Below are positions 23,136-35,010 of a stretch of 42,957 bases of DNA, in pieces. Below the pieces are notes generated by a model. The model was given only the letters and a program-made list of their open reading frames with translations, ran no database searches and was not told the origin of the DNA. The stretch covers positions 124,740,413 to 124,783,369 of the forward strand of contig NC_068982.1 of NCBI RefSeq assembly GCF_001194135.2, written 5' to 3'. The stretch comes from Octopus bimaculoides (taxonomy: Eukaryota). The first letter of the stretch is position 1, and each line of letters starts with the position of its first letter. The translations under genes were made by a program, and so were the position numbers.

Positions 23136-23722
23136 CCAACGATCTAACATATGTACTAATTCACTAGATACTATTTGATAGCAATCTTGTATGTTATCAA
23201 ATTCTGACTTTTATAAACACAAATATACAGATTAGTCTATCTAAGAAGAAGCAGTAGTAGTGTCTTAGCTCAATATCATCTCTTAGGCCGGCTGTATGAT
23301 AAACATTCGTATGGTAACATTACAATGGTAAGATACTTTCTATTATAATGACAAATATAGATTATGTTATATTACGCAGAGAAATGAGAGAAATGTTTTC
23401 AGATTCATTCAGATTAAGAGACAAACTCATTATTATCCAGCAAGTTCCGTAGAGTAACAAAGAAGATCGAGATACTTGCTATTGCACAGAATGTCTAAAA
23501 GGAGTCTGTTGTATTCTAATATGGATAATAGAGCATCTATGTTTGTTTTAATACGTATTAGTATTACAATTACTTTTATTTTATTGTGACTTCGTTATTG
23601 TTTTTTACTGAATAACCGAGTAATTTTCCGATTATTTTAGATATACTATGTAGATTGTTTTATGCTTTTTTTTAACAAGCCCATTGATAAAATAAATAAA
23701 TACATACATACATACATACATA

Positions 23723-24030
23723 CAGTCCCACTGTGTGGCACCTTGAGCAAGTGTCTTCTACTATAGCCACAGGTCAACTAAAACCTTGTGAGTGGATTTG
23801 GTAGGCAGAAACTGAAAGAAGCCCGTCGTATATGTGTGTGTGTGTGCTCGCGCGCGTGTCCATACAGCTTGACAACTGGTGTTGGTGTGTTTACGTCCCC
23901 GTAAATTAGCGCTTCAGCAAAAGAGATTAATAGAATAAGTACTAGGCTTTTAAAAAATCCTTGGACAGAGCCGCAGGCTGCTGCATGGCTGCAGTCAACT
24001 GACTGAAACAAGTAAAAGAATAAAAGAATA
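23723..24030 (+). mobile_element. Family B SINE, 5'-truncated
   Basis: cagtcccactgtgtggcaccttgagcaagtgtcttc...gactgaaacaagtaaaagaataaaagaata. Confidence 0.9.
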
Positions 24031-24664
24031 CATACATGTGCTCATATTTTTGTGGTTTACATTTATATATAAATGGATAAGGGAGAAGAGCACTCTTGCT
24101 TGAAACAAGGTTTTTGTAGCCTCTGGCCAACTTGCCTTTTGTTCCTTGTTGTCAGTTTATCGGCTTCTCTCATCTAGAGAATGGTAGGGATCATATCTTG
24201 AAGGCATATATATCTTGAAAACATATATCGGGTAGCAGTACATTAGTGAATGTCATATGCAAATTTGATCTCTTAATTTGATTGCTTGTGGTAAAAATAC
24301 TATCGTTAAACAGAAACAGATTTAGTAAATGCCTACACAGAAAGACTGTGGATGTTGTAACTAATAGGAGTACAGTTAAGCAACCAACGAAATCTTACTA
24401 AAAGTAGAAATGAAGAAAACTTTAAAAGTGGTTGGAAATGAGTTGAATAGTTTATCAAAACTATAGAAAATATATTTTAAAACACGCGATTCTCATTCAT
24501 GGAAGCAAGGGGTTCATGGAGAGAAAAGTGTCTTGCTGACGGCAAGCCCTGGTTGACGAATAAACAAACAAAAGCGCCTCGAGATCAAATCACCAAAGAC
24601 TGCCGTCGTATATCTACCTGTTATTTCAGTCTGAATAAGGCTGTGTAGAAATGGATTCACAATT

Positions 24665-24845
24665 TAATATTGATTTCAAATTTTGACTCAAGGCCAGCAA
24701 GTTCAACTTGTACTTATTTTATCGACTTCGAAAGGATGAAAGGTAAAGTCGACCACGGCGGAATTTGAACTCAGAATGGAAAAACGGACGAAATGCTGCT
24801 AAGCATTTTGCCCGGTGTGCTAACGATTCTGCCAGCTCGCCACCT
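24665..24845 (-). mobile_element. Family A SINE
   Basis: Reverse complement of family A head and body. Confidence 0.85.
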
Positions 24846-25123
24846 TATCATAATTTGATATTTGAGACGAAGACATTCTTTGTCCATGCGGTTATATTAT
24901 ACTCAATCTTGATGCGTCAGACGTCTCAGACGAGCAGTATTAGATTGTTGCACCATATTAACGTATTGGTCTAGATCTAAGAGCGGAATAGATAATCTAC
25001 ATAAGTTTGTCACGGACCTTACACATCCAGCAACTTCACAGGCAGCTACCATTGGAATTGTTTAGATTGTTTAGAAGAATGATCTTTGTGGTGGGCAGCC
25101 AGTCATCAGCAAAACTGCTGGTA

Positions 25124-25403
25124 TGGAGGTGCAATGGCCTAGTGGTTAGGGCAGCGGACTCGCGGTCGGAGGATCACGGTTTCGATTCCCAGACCGTTGT
25201 GTGTATTTATTGAGCAAAAACACTTAAAGCTCCACAAGGCTCCGGCAGGGGATGGTGGTGACCCCTGTTGTACTCTTTCGCACCAACTTTCTCTCACTCT
25301 TTCTTCCTGTTTCTTGAGCAAAAAGCTGCGATGGACTGGCGTCCCGTCCAGCTTGGGAGGGGGGGGACACGCATACGCCATGGAAACTGGGAAACCGACC
25401 CTA
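25124..25403 (+). mobile_element. Family C-head SINE with tail Y
   Basis: ggaggtgcaatggcctagtggttagggcagcggactcgcgg...GGTTTCGATTCCC; 5' part matches 22754-23135; tail gcgatggactggcgtcccgtccag resembles a V-type SINE domain motif (recall). Confidence 0.85.
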
Positions 25404-25539
25404 TGCTTCATAAGGGGCTAAGAGGATTTCCAATCCTTCTACACAGTGTTGTCCTAAAGAGCACTCCTTCTGCAGCCTCAAAAGGAGTGAAAGTATCTGA
25501 AGAATACACTGAGTCAAACGCAATTAAACAGCAATAGTG

Positions 25540-25757
25540 AATATTAGTTTCAAATTTTAGCACAAGGCCAGCAAGATCGGGTATGGGGTACATCGATTAC
25601 AACAACCCCAGTATTTAACTGGTACTTATTTTATGGACCCTGAAATGATGAACGGTAAAGTCAACTCCGGCGGAATTTGAAATTAGAACGTAAAGACAGA
25701 CAGAATACCGCCCAGCATTTTACTTGACGTGCTAACGATTCCGCCAGCTCGTCGCCT
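25540..25757 (-). mobile_element. Family A SINE, full length
   Basis: Reverse complement of family A including tail. Confidence 0.9.
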
Positions 25758-25936
25758 TAGACATTATTAAATATTGAGCGAATGTCTAACAGCACTTCCG
25801 TTAGTAGAAATATCGACCAAAAAATATTATATTTTTGTTGCTGAGAAAGACAGAAAATATTTCAAAGTTGTATGCTGTGTGATTTGTGTAGTGGATTGTC
25901 GACTGATTAAAAAGACAATTATTTCAGAGTGGTATA

Positions 25937-26130
25937 AGGCAACGAGCTGACTGAATCGTAAGTCCGCAAGAGAAAATACTGAGCGGCATTTCTCCCAGCT
26001 CTTTACGTTCAGAGTTCAATTCCCACTGAAGTGAACAAAATAAAATAACAGTGAAATACTGGAGTCGATGTAATTGACTTATTCTCCTCATTCAAATTTG
26101 CTGTCTTTGTGCCAAAATTTGAAGCCATTA
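25937..26130 (+). mobile_element. Family A SINE
   Basis: ggcaacgagctgactgaatcg...gagttcaattccc...ttgtgccaaaatttga. Confidence 0.8.
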
Positions 26131-26268
26131 TAGATTGGTGTTTGTGTTTTTATCAGTATAATATTTCGGTCAAATCAACCTCTCTGCCTCCCTTAACCAG
26201 GGAATCCATAATTCCATAACTGAGTATTGGATTTCTAAAACCTTAAATCAGTACTGTTATCATAGTTA

Positions 26269-26307
<39 letters not shown>

Positions 26308-27139
26308 TTATGTGTATCTATGTGGCGTTTTTCATTTTCATTTATTATTATTTTCTATTGCGTTGCGTATAAGAAACCGCATATAAAACCTCAATCTGGT
26401 TAATATCGCTTGACTGACTGTGTTTGAGTATGTCTCAAATTATTAATTAGATCTAATCAGGTTTGAATCTGTCTCAGTCAGTAAATATAGAACAGAGTAT
26501 CCAAGTTTCTAGCAACAGAAGTAAACAGACACAGAAATTGCTGACATGTTAGCTGCGTTGAAAGTTCAAGGCTATTTGTTCTCAACACGTTTGGAACAAA
26601 AACAGAAAGATATTATCTAGAAGACAAGTCTCTTTACAGAGAAAAGTATAGACCAGCAGAAAAATATTGCAAATGTTGTTGTGGTTCTTCTTTCTTAACA
26701 GTAAACAAGTAGCTTAATTTCCTTCCTCTCGACTAGGCCATGGAAAATTTTAAAAAAATATTAGAAAAAACATTGATCGCTGTCACAAGACACGGGATTC
26801 AGAAAAGAAGAACTAAAAGATAAATATGTTCTGCTTATGTGGTTTCTTTGTTCAATGTTAGAGTGAAGCAAACAATTTAATCCTCTCGCCTACTCTTATT
26901 TCAGTCTTTCGAGGTGGCGGATGACACAGAGTTGTTAGAGTATCATAAAAAATGTACACGGTATTTAGTTACAAAGCTTTACGTTTCACGTTCAAATCCC
27001 GCCGCGGACAACTGTGCATTTCATCCTTCCGGATCGATAAAGTAAGATACAAGCTAATTACTGGGGGCTTCTTCCTAAATACGATTGGAATTTCGATGAA
27101 ACTTTATCAATTTCTTTTTGTGTTATTAGAATATGCTGC

Positions 27140-27285
27140 AGTGAAGGCACGTGGATAGATGGCTTAAGAGTTTTTGGCCATGGTCATAAAGTCGTGGGTT
27201 CGATTCCAGGCAGCAAGATGTGTCCTGGAGCAAGGCACAGCATTTCACGTTGCTCCAGTTTACTCAGCTGAAAATGAATACAATA
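27140..27285 (+). mobile_element. Family D SINE head and CORE-like body
   Basis: GGGTTCGATTCC B-box, gtgtcctggagcaaggcac..atttcacgttgctccagtttactcagctg. Confidence 0.65.
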
Positions 27286-27289
27286 CAGA

Positions 27290-27325
<36 letters not shown>

Positions 27326-29383
27326 TATCTCTCCATATGTCACGTCCTCGATATTTCCGCTGGGCCAGTAGTAGAGTCGACAGTTATATATGTCTGCTCG
27401 TAACTACATAGGCTCTTGAAGCAACATGTGAAACCGTAGTACAGTCCACCAAGTCAGATCCATCCTAGAGTGGCGACTAAGCTTTTATCTACAGAAAATT
27501 TTGACCAACTGAATGTATTGAATAACATAGTCATTGCGACGGTATCCATGCCTTTACACAGTGATATAAAGGAAGAGAAACAGAAAAGAACCCAGACGTT
27601 CATCTAGAACTAGAAGGACAAAAGTACCATAATGTATCATTTTCTCCATTTTTCCAATATCTTAACCACTTCCATCTGCATTGTCATATTTCTGTATTTA
27701 TACAAGTTTTATCTTTCACTACAAAAGGGAGTTGTCAGTGTAATATAAACAATATCTAATTTGCAACAAATATGACAAAAATCTGAAAAAATACAAGAAT
27801 CAAATAATATACAACTAACACAACTTGAACCTGTTGCACATGATTTTATGTGCGTTCTTATTAGATCAATTTTTTTTTTTATTTGAAATATTTTGCTCCT
27901 GCTAAGTGTAGCTATAAGTACATCGTGACATGTGCTCATTGTAATTTCAGTCAATATCTTCTATTTTATCTTACTTCTCATGTTTTCGTCTTAATTACAT
28001 CCTGGTTAGTCTAATTAATTTATTCAACTCAAGAAGAGACTATTGTAAAATGAAATAATAAAAACATTTTTATGGAGTAAGTACTTAATTTCTTTTTTTT
28101 TTTTTTTTTNNNNNNNNNNTTTTTTTTTTTTTTCTTCTCTTTTTGCAGTCATAAGTGTAATATTTTTCACGACTAAAATAGCAAATTGAATAAAGTGCCT
28201 TCTGCATAATTGCTTTAAATTTTGACACAAGGACAGTTATTTTAGGAGGACGTGGAACGTCAGTCGATTTCATCGACTCCAGTACTTGACTGGTACTTTA
28301 TTTTATCGATCCTGAAAGGTAGCTTGTACATAATTGCTTCAAATTTTGACCCAGGTCCAGATATTTTCGAGAGAAGTGGAGTTCAGTCGACTACATCAAC
28401 TCCAGTACTTGACTGTCATTTTATTTTACCGACCCCGAAAGGTACAATCTAAATAATATAGACACAATACCTCATTCAGAAATATGAAATCTAGTTTTTA
28501 GTCGAAGACGGTGAATTGATAGAGTCATTAGAGCATCGAATAGATTATCTCGCGGTATTTGTTCTAGCTGTTTGTGCTTGAAGTTAGAACTCTGCAGATG
28601 TCCTTTTGACATCCATAGAAAGTATTAATTTGTGGCGGATGATTGGCGGAACTGCTAGAACGTAGGGAGGCTTGTCTTCCAGTGGCTATTTCGACTCTTT
28701 GTATCGATATAAGTGCGAAGCTGTATCGACAACCTTTCTCTTAGACATCACCGGTAATACGGAGAGAATAGAATTGCGTGCGTAAGCAATTGTTAGCTTT
28801 ACGCTCGTGCGCGCACTACACACATACACATACACACACACACGCAAGATTTGACTAGGTCTACACTTTGATAGGGAGGAATTTTCCGGATGCAGAAATC
28901 AAGGGTCAGCTATGATCGGAGAAAGCCTTGTTTCCTGACGTTTGAGATATCAATTACACTGCAATCATAAGTATAACATTTTTCACGACTGAGGCGGCGA
29001 GCTGGCAGAAACGTTAGCACGCCGGGCGAAATGCTTAGCGGTATTTTGTCTGCTGCTTCCGCCGAGGTCGACTTTGCCTTTCATCCTTTCGGGGTCGATT
29101 AAATAAGTATCAGTTACGCACTGGGGTCGATATAATCGACTTAATCCGTTTGTCTGTCCTTGTTTGTCCCCTCTGTGTGTAGCCCCTTGTGGTCAGTAAA
29201 GAAATAAGAAACGTTAGCACGCCGGGCGAAATGCTTAACGGTATTTCGTCTGTGTGAGTTTTGATTTATTGGTAATTATTATTGGAGTGCGTCTGTATAG
29301 TAAGTGCAAGTTTCTATTGACTATTTTTGTGTTATTTCCTGTTATAGTTATTTGTGTGATAATCTTCGTTCGAAAACTATCGT

Positions 29384-30082
29384 GTGTTTTCCCCTGTGGG
29401 AGAAACATTAATTGCTGGCAAGATTCCGAAAAGTGTAACTTCGTCTGGCGAAGAGTCGTCAACCGACAGGGTGGCAAAAAAAATTGAAAGTTTAATATTT
29501 GGCGATATTTCGGATTCTTCTGAAAATGAATTTCCCCAGCCATCAATGTGTACTATTGCAAAGAGGAATATTGACGTGAAAAGCCTTCAAAGAGAAGAAA
29601 ATAAACAAAACAGAAGTTTTGCGTCGGCAGGTGGAGGTGGAACCCGCCAGCTGTCGACAAACAAAAATGACCTGATAAAGTGCAAAAATATGATAAATGA
29701 AGACGGTGTTGTGAAAGTTCAACCCCCGGAAGAACTATTAATGTTAGAAAAAAGAAAAACAATTATTTTTAAATCTTACTGTCTAAAAGGAAATAGAATT
29801 GATCGAATGAGCGAAGAGAAAGTTGAGAAGTGCTTGAAACCCATCTGGCAGGATATCACATACCTAGCCAGAGGGAAGAAGTTTGGTACTATCGAAGTAC
29901 GATCAACAGATATAGAAACTGCAGAAATGCACTCAGTTAAGTCTTTAGAAACGGAGGACGGCGTTTTAATTCCAATATATATGGGAATGAGGACGTCAAA
30001 GATACGTATACCAAGGGTCCCACCTCAAGTTGACACTATGTGGTTGATGGCGGCAGTCCTGGCAAAAAAAAATGGAAGATAG
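29384..30082 (+). pseudogene. ORF1-like N-terminal fragment of the Tx1-type element
   Basis: 232-aa non-repetitive ORF at the ORF1 position, ending LIPIYMGMRTSKIRIPRVPPQVDTMWLMAAVL; assignment rests on position and motif resemblance. Confidence 0.6.
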
Positions 30083-30117
30083 TATAACACTCCTTCAGGC
30101 TACCGTCACAGAAAAGG

Positions 30118-31177
30118 CACCTGGGTTGGCAAGTCGATGCCTTCAGACAGCGTTGTTGGGCGCTGGACAGAGGGACCGGTTAACTTGCTGGGATTCTGGT
30201 TTGGATCAGGCCTCCAGATAGAGAAGAACTGGACGGAGGTTTCGAACAGATTGGCTGCAGTAGTCAAGACCTGGTCTTGGCGGTGACTATCCCTGAAAGG
30301 GAGGGCGGAGGTGGCCAATGTGTTCAACGCATCGGTCTTTACCTACCGCCTGACCGTCGTTCCCTGTCCGGATTCGTGGTTGATCAGGTTGGAGAGACAG
30401 CTCTTTCGCTTTCTGTGGAAGGGCATGTCGCCACTTGTGAAACGCTCTGTCTGTTGTCAAAAGCCGTTAAAGTGGGGTTTAGGGATACCTTGGTTAATGA
30501 TGCGCAGGCATGCGTTGAGGGTGAGACATCTCTGGATTCTCCTGGATGGTGAACGGGTGTGGTCCCTGCTGGCCAAAAAATTGTTCCCCGAGTTCAAAAG
30601 TTTTTGCGAACAGGAAGCCCGGTGTTCTCGTAGACCGACGTCGAGTGAATGGCACAAAGAGTGTTGTAAAGCCTTCCTGCTATTCCGGCCTTCGGGCAAC
30701 GGTGGGGGCTCTACACGAATTTTATATACTTGGTTGGTAGAATCTGAATGTGACAATGGCCTGGGGGCGACTCTAGGTCTCGGGTATATTCAACTGAGCA
30801 GCCTGTTCCATCGTACATTCGGGTTGAGAACGTTGGACAACTTCCAAACGTCCTTGACCTGGCAACGTTACTGAGGTGCCTTGCCCGTTTGGGATAAGCT
30901 CGCAAGACATGGTAAGCGTCAGTCTCCGACCTGTCCAAGATTCGGGGGAGACAGGGAAACCGTCCCTCACGCTATTGTCCAGTGTCTAGAGATATCTGAA
31001 ATGTGGGTTTATGCTGAACACCTATTGTCCGGCGAAGGAAGAGTACGGCTGTCGACTGAGTCAATTATAAAAATTGACCCACCGGAAGTTTCAACGAACG
31101 AAGGTAAGAATTGTTTTCTCATGGTTGTGGCAATAGCGAAAGAGGCAGTATGGAAGACTAGGATGAAAGGGAATTAA
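30118..31177 (+). pseudogene. C-terminal part of L1/Tx1 ORF2 (post-RT region and CCHC-type knuckle) with premature stops
   Basis: LLGFWFG..NW..W..R*LSLKGRAEV..YRLTVVPCP..LFRFLWKG..VKR..GLGIP and CPRF..ETVPHAIVQC (C to F substitution); in-frame TGA at about 30284 and at 30872. Confidence 0.85.
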
Positions 31178-31822
31178 GACAGGCAACTTTATCTCCGGCC
31201 ACGAGTTAAGATCGTTTTTTTTTTTTTAACTTTTCATTTGAAAAGGAAGGTGTGGCTGGAGAAGAGGTGTCTGTCGGAGATTATGTTCAAAAAGAGATGG
31301 GAGCATGCTGCACGAGTGTTGTGTGTGCAAAGAACCGTGTGAATAGGCTATAAAAGAAGAACAAAAAGGTACCAGCGATAAATCGGGGCTTGTGGGGTCG
31401 GAATGTGGCCTGATCATCGCTACATTTGTGTCGTCTCTGTATTGTTAATTTCATTCGATTTTTAAAAATATTTTATATAATTTTTATATTCATATTTTAT
31501 GTAAAATCATAACGCATTACTGATCCTAATCAGTTGTTTTGTCCATTTCTGTGTTTGGCCCCTTGTGGGCAATAATGAAATTGGTATTTCGTCTGTCTTC
31601 ACGTTCTGAGTTCAAATTCCACCGAGGTCGACTTTGCCTCTCCATTCTTTCGGGGTCGATACATTAAGTACCATTTGCGTAGTATGATCGATCTAATCGA
31701 CTTTCCCCCTCCCCCAAAATTTTGGGCCTTGTGCCTTGAGTAGAAAAGAATATTTTTCACGACTAAAATAGCAAATGTGTATGTATGTATGTATGTATGT
31801 ATGTATGTGCGTATTTGTATGT

Positions 31823-32247
31823 TTTATGTGTGTATTCTCATGCATATAGTTGCATATCTAGACATGCTCATATATATATAAATGATAAACTTCTGGAAAG
31901 TTTTACAGATTTTTACAGTTTCAGTGATAGATTGGATCTGTAGTTTTCGAATTAGCTTTCTCCTTTCTGATTTTGAGACGCCTAATTTGTCAAGATTGGT
32001 ATATAGGCAGTGTGTTATATATACTAGGTCTCCAATAATTACAGGCATAAACCTGAACTTGTAATCTGGATAGAGTAACTGCGTATTTCTTAATAATTCA
32101 GCGTAGGTATTCTCTTTTTCATTTATCTTCAGCTTTATGTTAACATCTGCTGGGCAGCTAATTTCCACAACTGTACATAGTTTTTCTTCTCAATCCCAAA
32201 TCATTATATAAGGCCTGTTGGGCTTACATTTTATTGAGGTCTTCTAT
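31823..32247 (-). mobile_element. 5'-truncated RLE-type non-LTR retrotransposon fragment embedded in (CATA)n
   Basis: Minus strand [50 protein letters not shown]...PVIIG (degenerate PD..ExSxP..K..Y RLE motif); (TATG)n on both flanks. Confidence 0.75.
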
Positions 32248-32473
32248 TTATGTATGTATGTATGTATGTATGTATGTATGTATGTATGTATGCATGTATG
32301 TATGTATGTATGTACGTACGTATGTATGTATGTATGTATGTATGTATGTACGTACGTATGTATGTATGCATGTATGTATGTATGCATGTATGTATGTATG
32401 TATGCATGTATGTATGTACGTATGTATGTACGTATGTATGTATGTATGTATGTATGCATGTATGTATGTATGT
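32248..32473. repeat. (TATG)n tetranucleotide array with TACG/TGCA variants
   Basis: Direct reading. Confidence 0.95.
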
Positions 32474-33638
32474 NNNNNNNNNNNNNNNNNNNNNNNNNNN
32501 NNNNNNNNNNNNNNNNNNNNNNNNNNNNNNNNNNNNNNNNNNNNNNNNNNNNNNNNNNNNNNNNNNNNNNNNNNNNNNNNNNNNNNNNNNNNNNNNNNNN
32601 NNNNNNNNNNNNNNNNNNNNNNNNNNNNNNNNNNNNNNNNNNNNNNNNNNNNNNNNNNNNNNNNNNNNNNNNNNNNNNNNNNNNNNNNNNNNNNNNNNNN
32701 NNNNNNNNNNNNNNNNNNNNNNNNNNNNNNNNNNNNNNNNNNNNNNNNNNNNNNNNNNNNNNNNNNNNNNNNNNNNNNNNNNNNNNNNNNNNNNNNNNNN
32801 NNNNNNNNNNNNNNNNNNNNNNNNNNNNNNNNNNNNNNNNNNNNNNNNNNNNNNNNNNNNNNNNNNNNNNNNNNTGTTGGGCTTACATTTTATTGAGGTC
32901 TTCTATTTATGTATGTATGTATGTATGTATGTATGTATGTATGTATGTATGCATGTATGTATGTATGCATGTATGTATGTATTCTCGGTTCAGCATTCAA
33001 TGAATTATTATTGTCTTCTCACTAAAGTTATACCAAATAATGATGGTTAGGACGATGTGAATGAGGCTAAGGCGCATAAGGATGACATCAGGAGGAAATG
33101 TATGATGATGACGATGATGATGATGAGGCGGAGAAGGGTTAGGGTGAGAATGACGAGTATGACAGTGTATTATTTATTTATAACTGCACTGTCACTCGCA
33201 CATAATTTCGTGTAAAATTCCTGGTGTCAATACAGTTATTCTCACTAACCCTATCCTTGTTGTCATCGACATCGTATCACCATCATCATCCTCCACCTCT
33301 TCCTCCTCCTCCTCCTCCTCATCATCATTGTCATCATCAACGTCGTTATTTGCATCAAAATCGTTTCTGTCATCATTGTTGTAGTCATTGATGACATTTT
33401 CCCATTGTTCTTGTCACTCACAACCACCTTCGACCTTAGTCCCAACTATTTTTAAGGCCAAAGTATACTGTTCACATAATGGAAATTTAATTGCGGAATA
33501 GCTTTGTTTTAATAGCAACAATCTAGATTTCTCATTAACCTTGAGTGTTTCGAAAAAAAAAAAGAAAAGAAAAGAAAATAGAAGCAAATTACACCACCCA
33601 TCACACATACGAATAAATATTATGGCACATTAAATTAT

Positions 33639-33802
33639 GCGGCAGGTGTGATTGTCTGGTAAGAAATTTGCTTCCCATCTACATGGTTCCGGGTTCAATT
33701 CTACTGCGTGGCACCTTGGCCAAATATCTTCTTCTATAACTCCGGACCTACCAAAGCCTTGTAAGTGGATTTGGTGGACGGAAAGTAAACGAAGCCCTTC
33801 GT
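33639..33802 (+). mobile_element. Family B SINE 5' half
   Basis: catggttccgggttcaattctactgcgtggcaccttggccaaat...gtggatttggtggacggaaag. Confidence 0.8.
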
Positions 33803-34555
33803 ATATATATATATATATATATATATNNNNNNNNNNNNNNNNNNNNNNNNNNNNNNNNNNNNNNNNNNNNNNNNNNNNNNNNNNNNNNNNNNNNNNNNNN
33901 NNNNNNNNNNNNNNNNNNNNNNNNNNNNNNNNNNNNNNNNNNNNNNNNNNNNNNNNNNNNNNNNNNNNNNNNNNNNNNNNNNNNNNNNNNNNNNNNNNNN
34001 NNNNNNNNNNNNNNNNNNNNNNNNNNNNNNNNNNNNNNNNNNNNNNNNNNNNNNNNNNNNNNNNNNNNNNNNNNNNNNNNNNNNNNNNNNNNNNNNNNNN
34101 NNNNNNNNNNNNNNNNNNNNNNNNNNNNNNNNNNNNNNNNNNNNNNNNNNNNNNNNNNNNNNNNNNNNNNNNNNNNNNNNNNNNNNNNNNNNNNNNNNNN
34201 NNNNNNNNNNNNNNNNNNNNNNNNNNNNNNNNNNNNNNNNNNNNNNNNNNNNNNNNNNNNNNNNNNNNNNNNNNNNNNNNNNNNNNNNNNNNNNNNNNNN
34301 NNNNNNNNNNNNNNNNNNNNNNNNNNNNNNNNNNNNNNNNNNNNNNNNNNNNNNNNNNNNNNNNNNNNNNNNNNNNNNNNNNNNNNNNNNNNNNNNNNNN
34401 NNNNNNNNNNNNNNNNNNNNNNNNNNNNNNNNNNNNNNNNNNNNNNNNNNNNNNNNNNNNNNNNNNNNNNNNNNNNNNNNNNNNNNNNNNNNNNNNNNNN
34501 NNNNNNNNNNNNNNNNNNNNNNNNNNATATATATATATATATATATATATATACA

Positions 34556-34697
34556 CTACGAGCGTCTGTCAGTTTCCTTCTACCAAAATCTATTCACAAG
34601 GCTTTAGTCGGCCCGAGACTATAGTAGAAGAGTGGGACTGAACCCAGAACCATGTGGTTGGGAAGCAAGCTTCTTGCCAAACAACCACGCCTGCGCC
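34556..34697 (-). mobile_element. Family B SINE 5' half with internal deletion
   Basis: gtcggcccgagactatagtagaaga|gtgggactgaacccagaaccatgtgg. Confidence 0.8.
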
Positions 34698-34831
34698 TTT
34701 GTCAGATTTTATCGGAACTTCATATTCAAGTTGGTTTGATATCCTCATTCATAATCACAAGAATCATCCTTTAATTTCACCTTCGTTAAAATTTTCGAGA
34801 GAATTATTTTAGTTTGTTAATAATTGATCAC

Positions 34832-35010
34832 TGTTGTTGTACTGCTCCAAGTTGATCGAGATTAAGTAGATCTATATTTTAAGATATTTCACCTTAGACA
34901 GATCTAGGATAATTTTATCTAACATGTCCTTCCTTTTTAAGACAGTGAGGTTTGAATTGTAAGAGATTTGGCTACTACTTCTCGCAAATAGAGTGATCAC
35001 GTAGAGGTTA
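34832..35010 (-). mobile_element. Family E retroposon
   Basis: Reverse strand gtagccaaatctctt...gtcttaaaaaggaaggacatgttagataa. Confidence 0.6.

Larger units (their letters stand above)
29254..31582 (+). mobile_element. Internally deleted L1/Tx1-clade non-LTR retrotransposon (2329 bp) with 14-bp TSD
   Basis: TSD GGTATTTCGTCTGT at 29240-29253 and 31583-31596; ORF1-like N-terminal part joined to the post-RT part of ORF2; no endonuclease or RT core visible. Confidence 0.85.
28991..31751 (+). mobile_element. Nested composite: family A SINE dimer interrupted by a Tx1-type LINE, flanked by a 13-bp TSD
   Basis: ATTTTTCACGACT at 28978-28990 and 31752-31764; A1 28993-29207, A2 head 29208-29253, A2 remainder 31583-31751. 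Confidence 0.85.

Noticed and set aside
25124-25195. tRNA-like sequences at SINE heads (also 37220, 27140, 9000)
   Set aside because: They continue into SINE bodies and lack a complete acceptor stem; not functional tRNA genes
32874-32980. Repeat of 32215-32300 after the gap, suggesting a second RLE element or TSD
   Set aside because: Identical sequence on both sides of an N gap next to a microsatellite; most likely scaffold overlap
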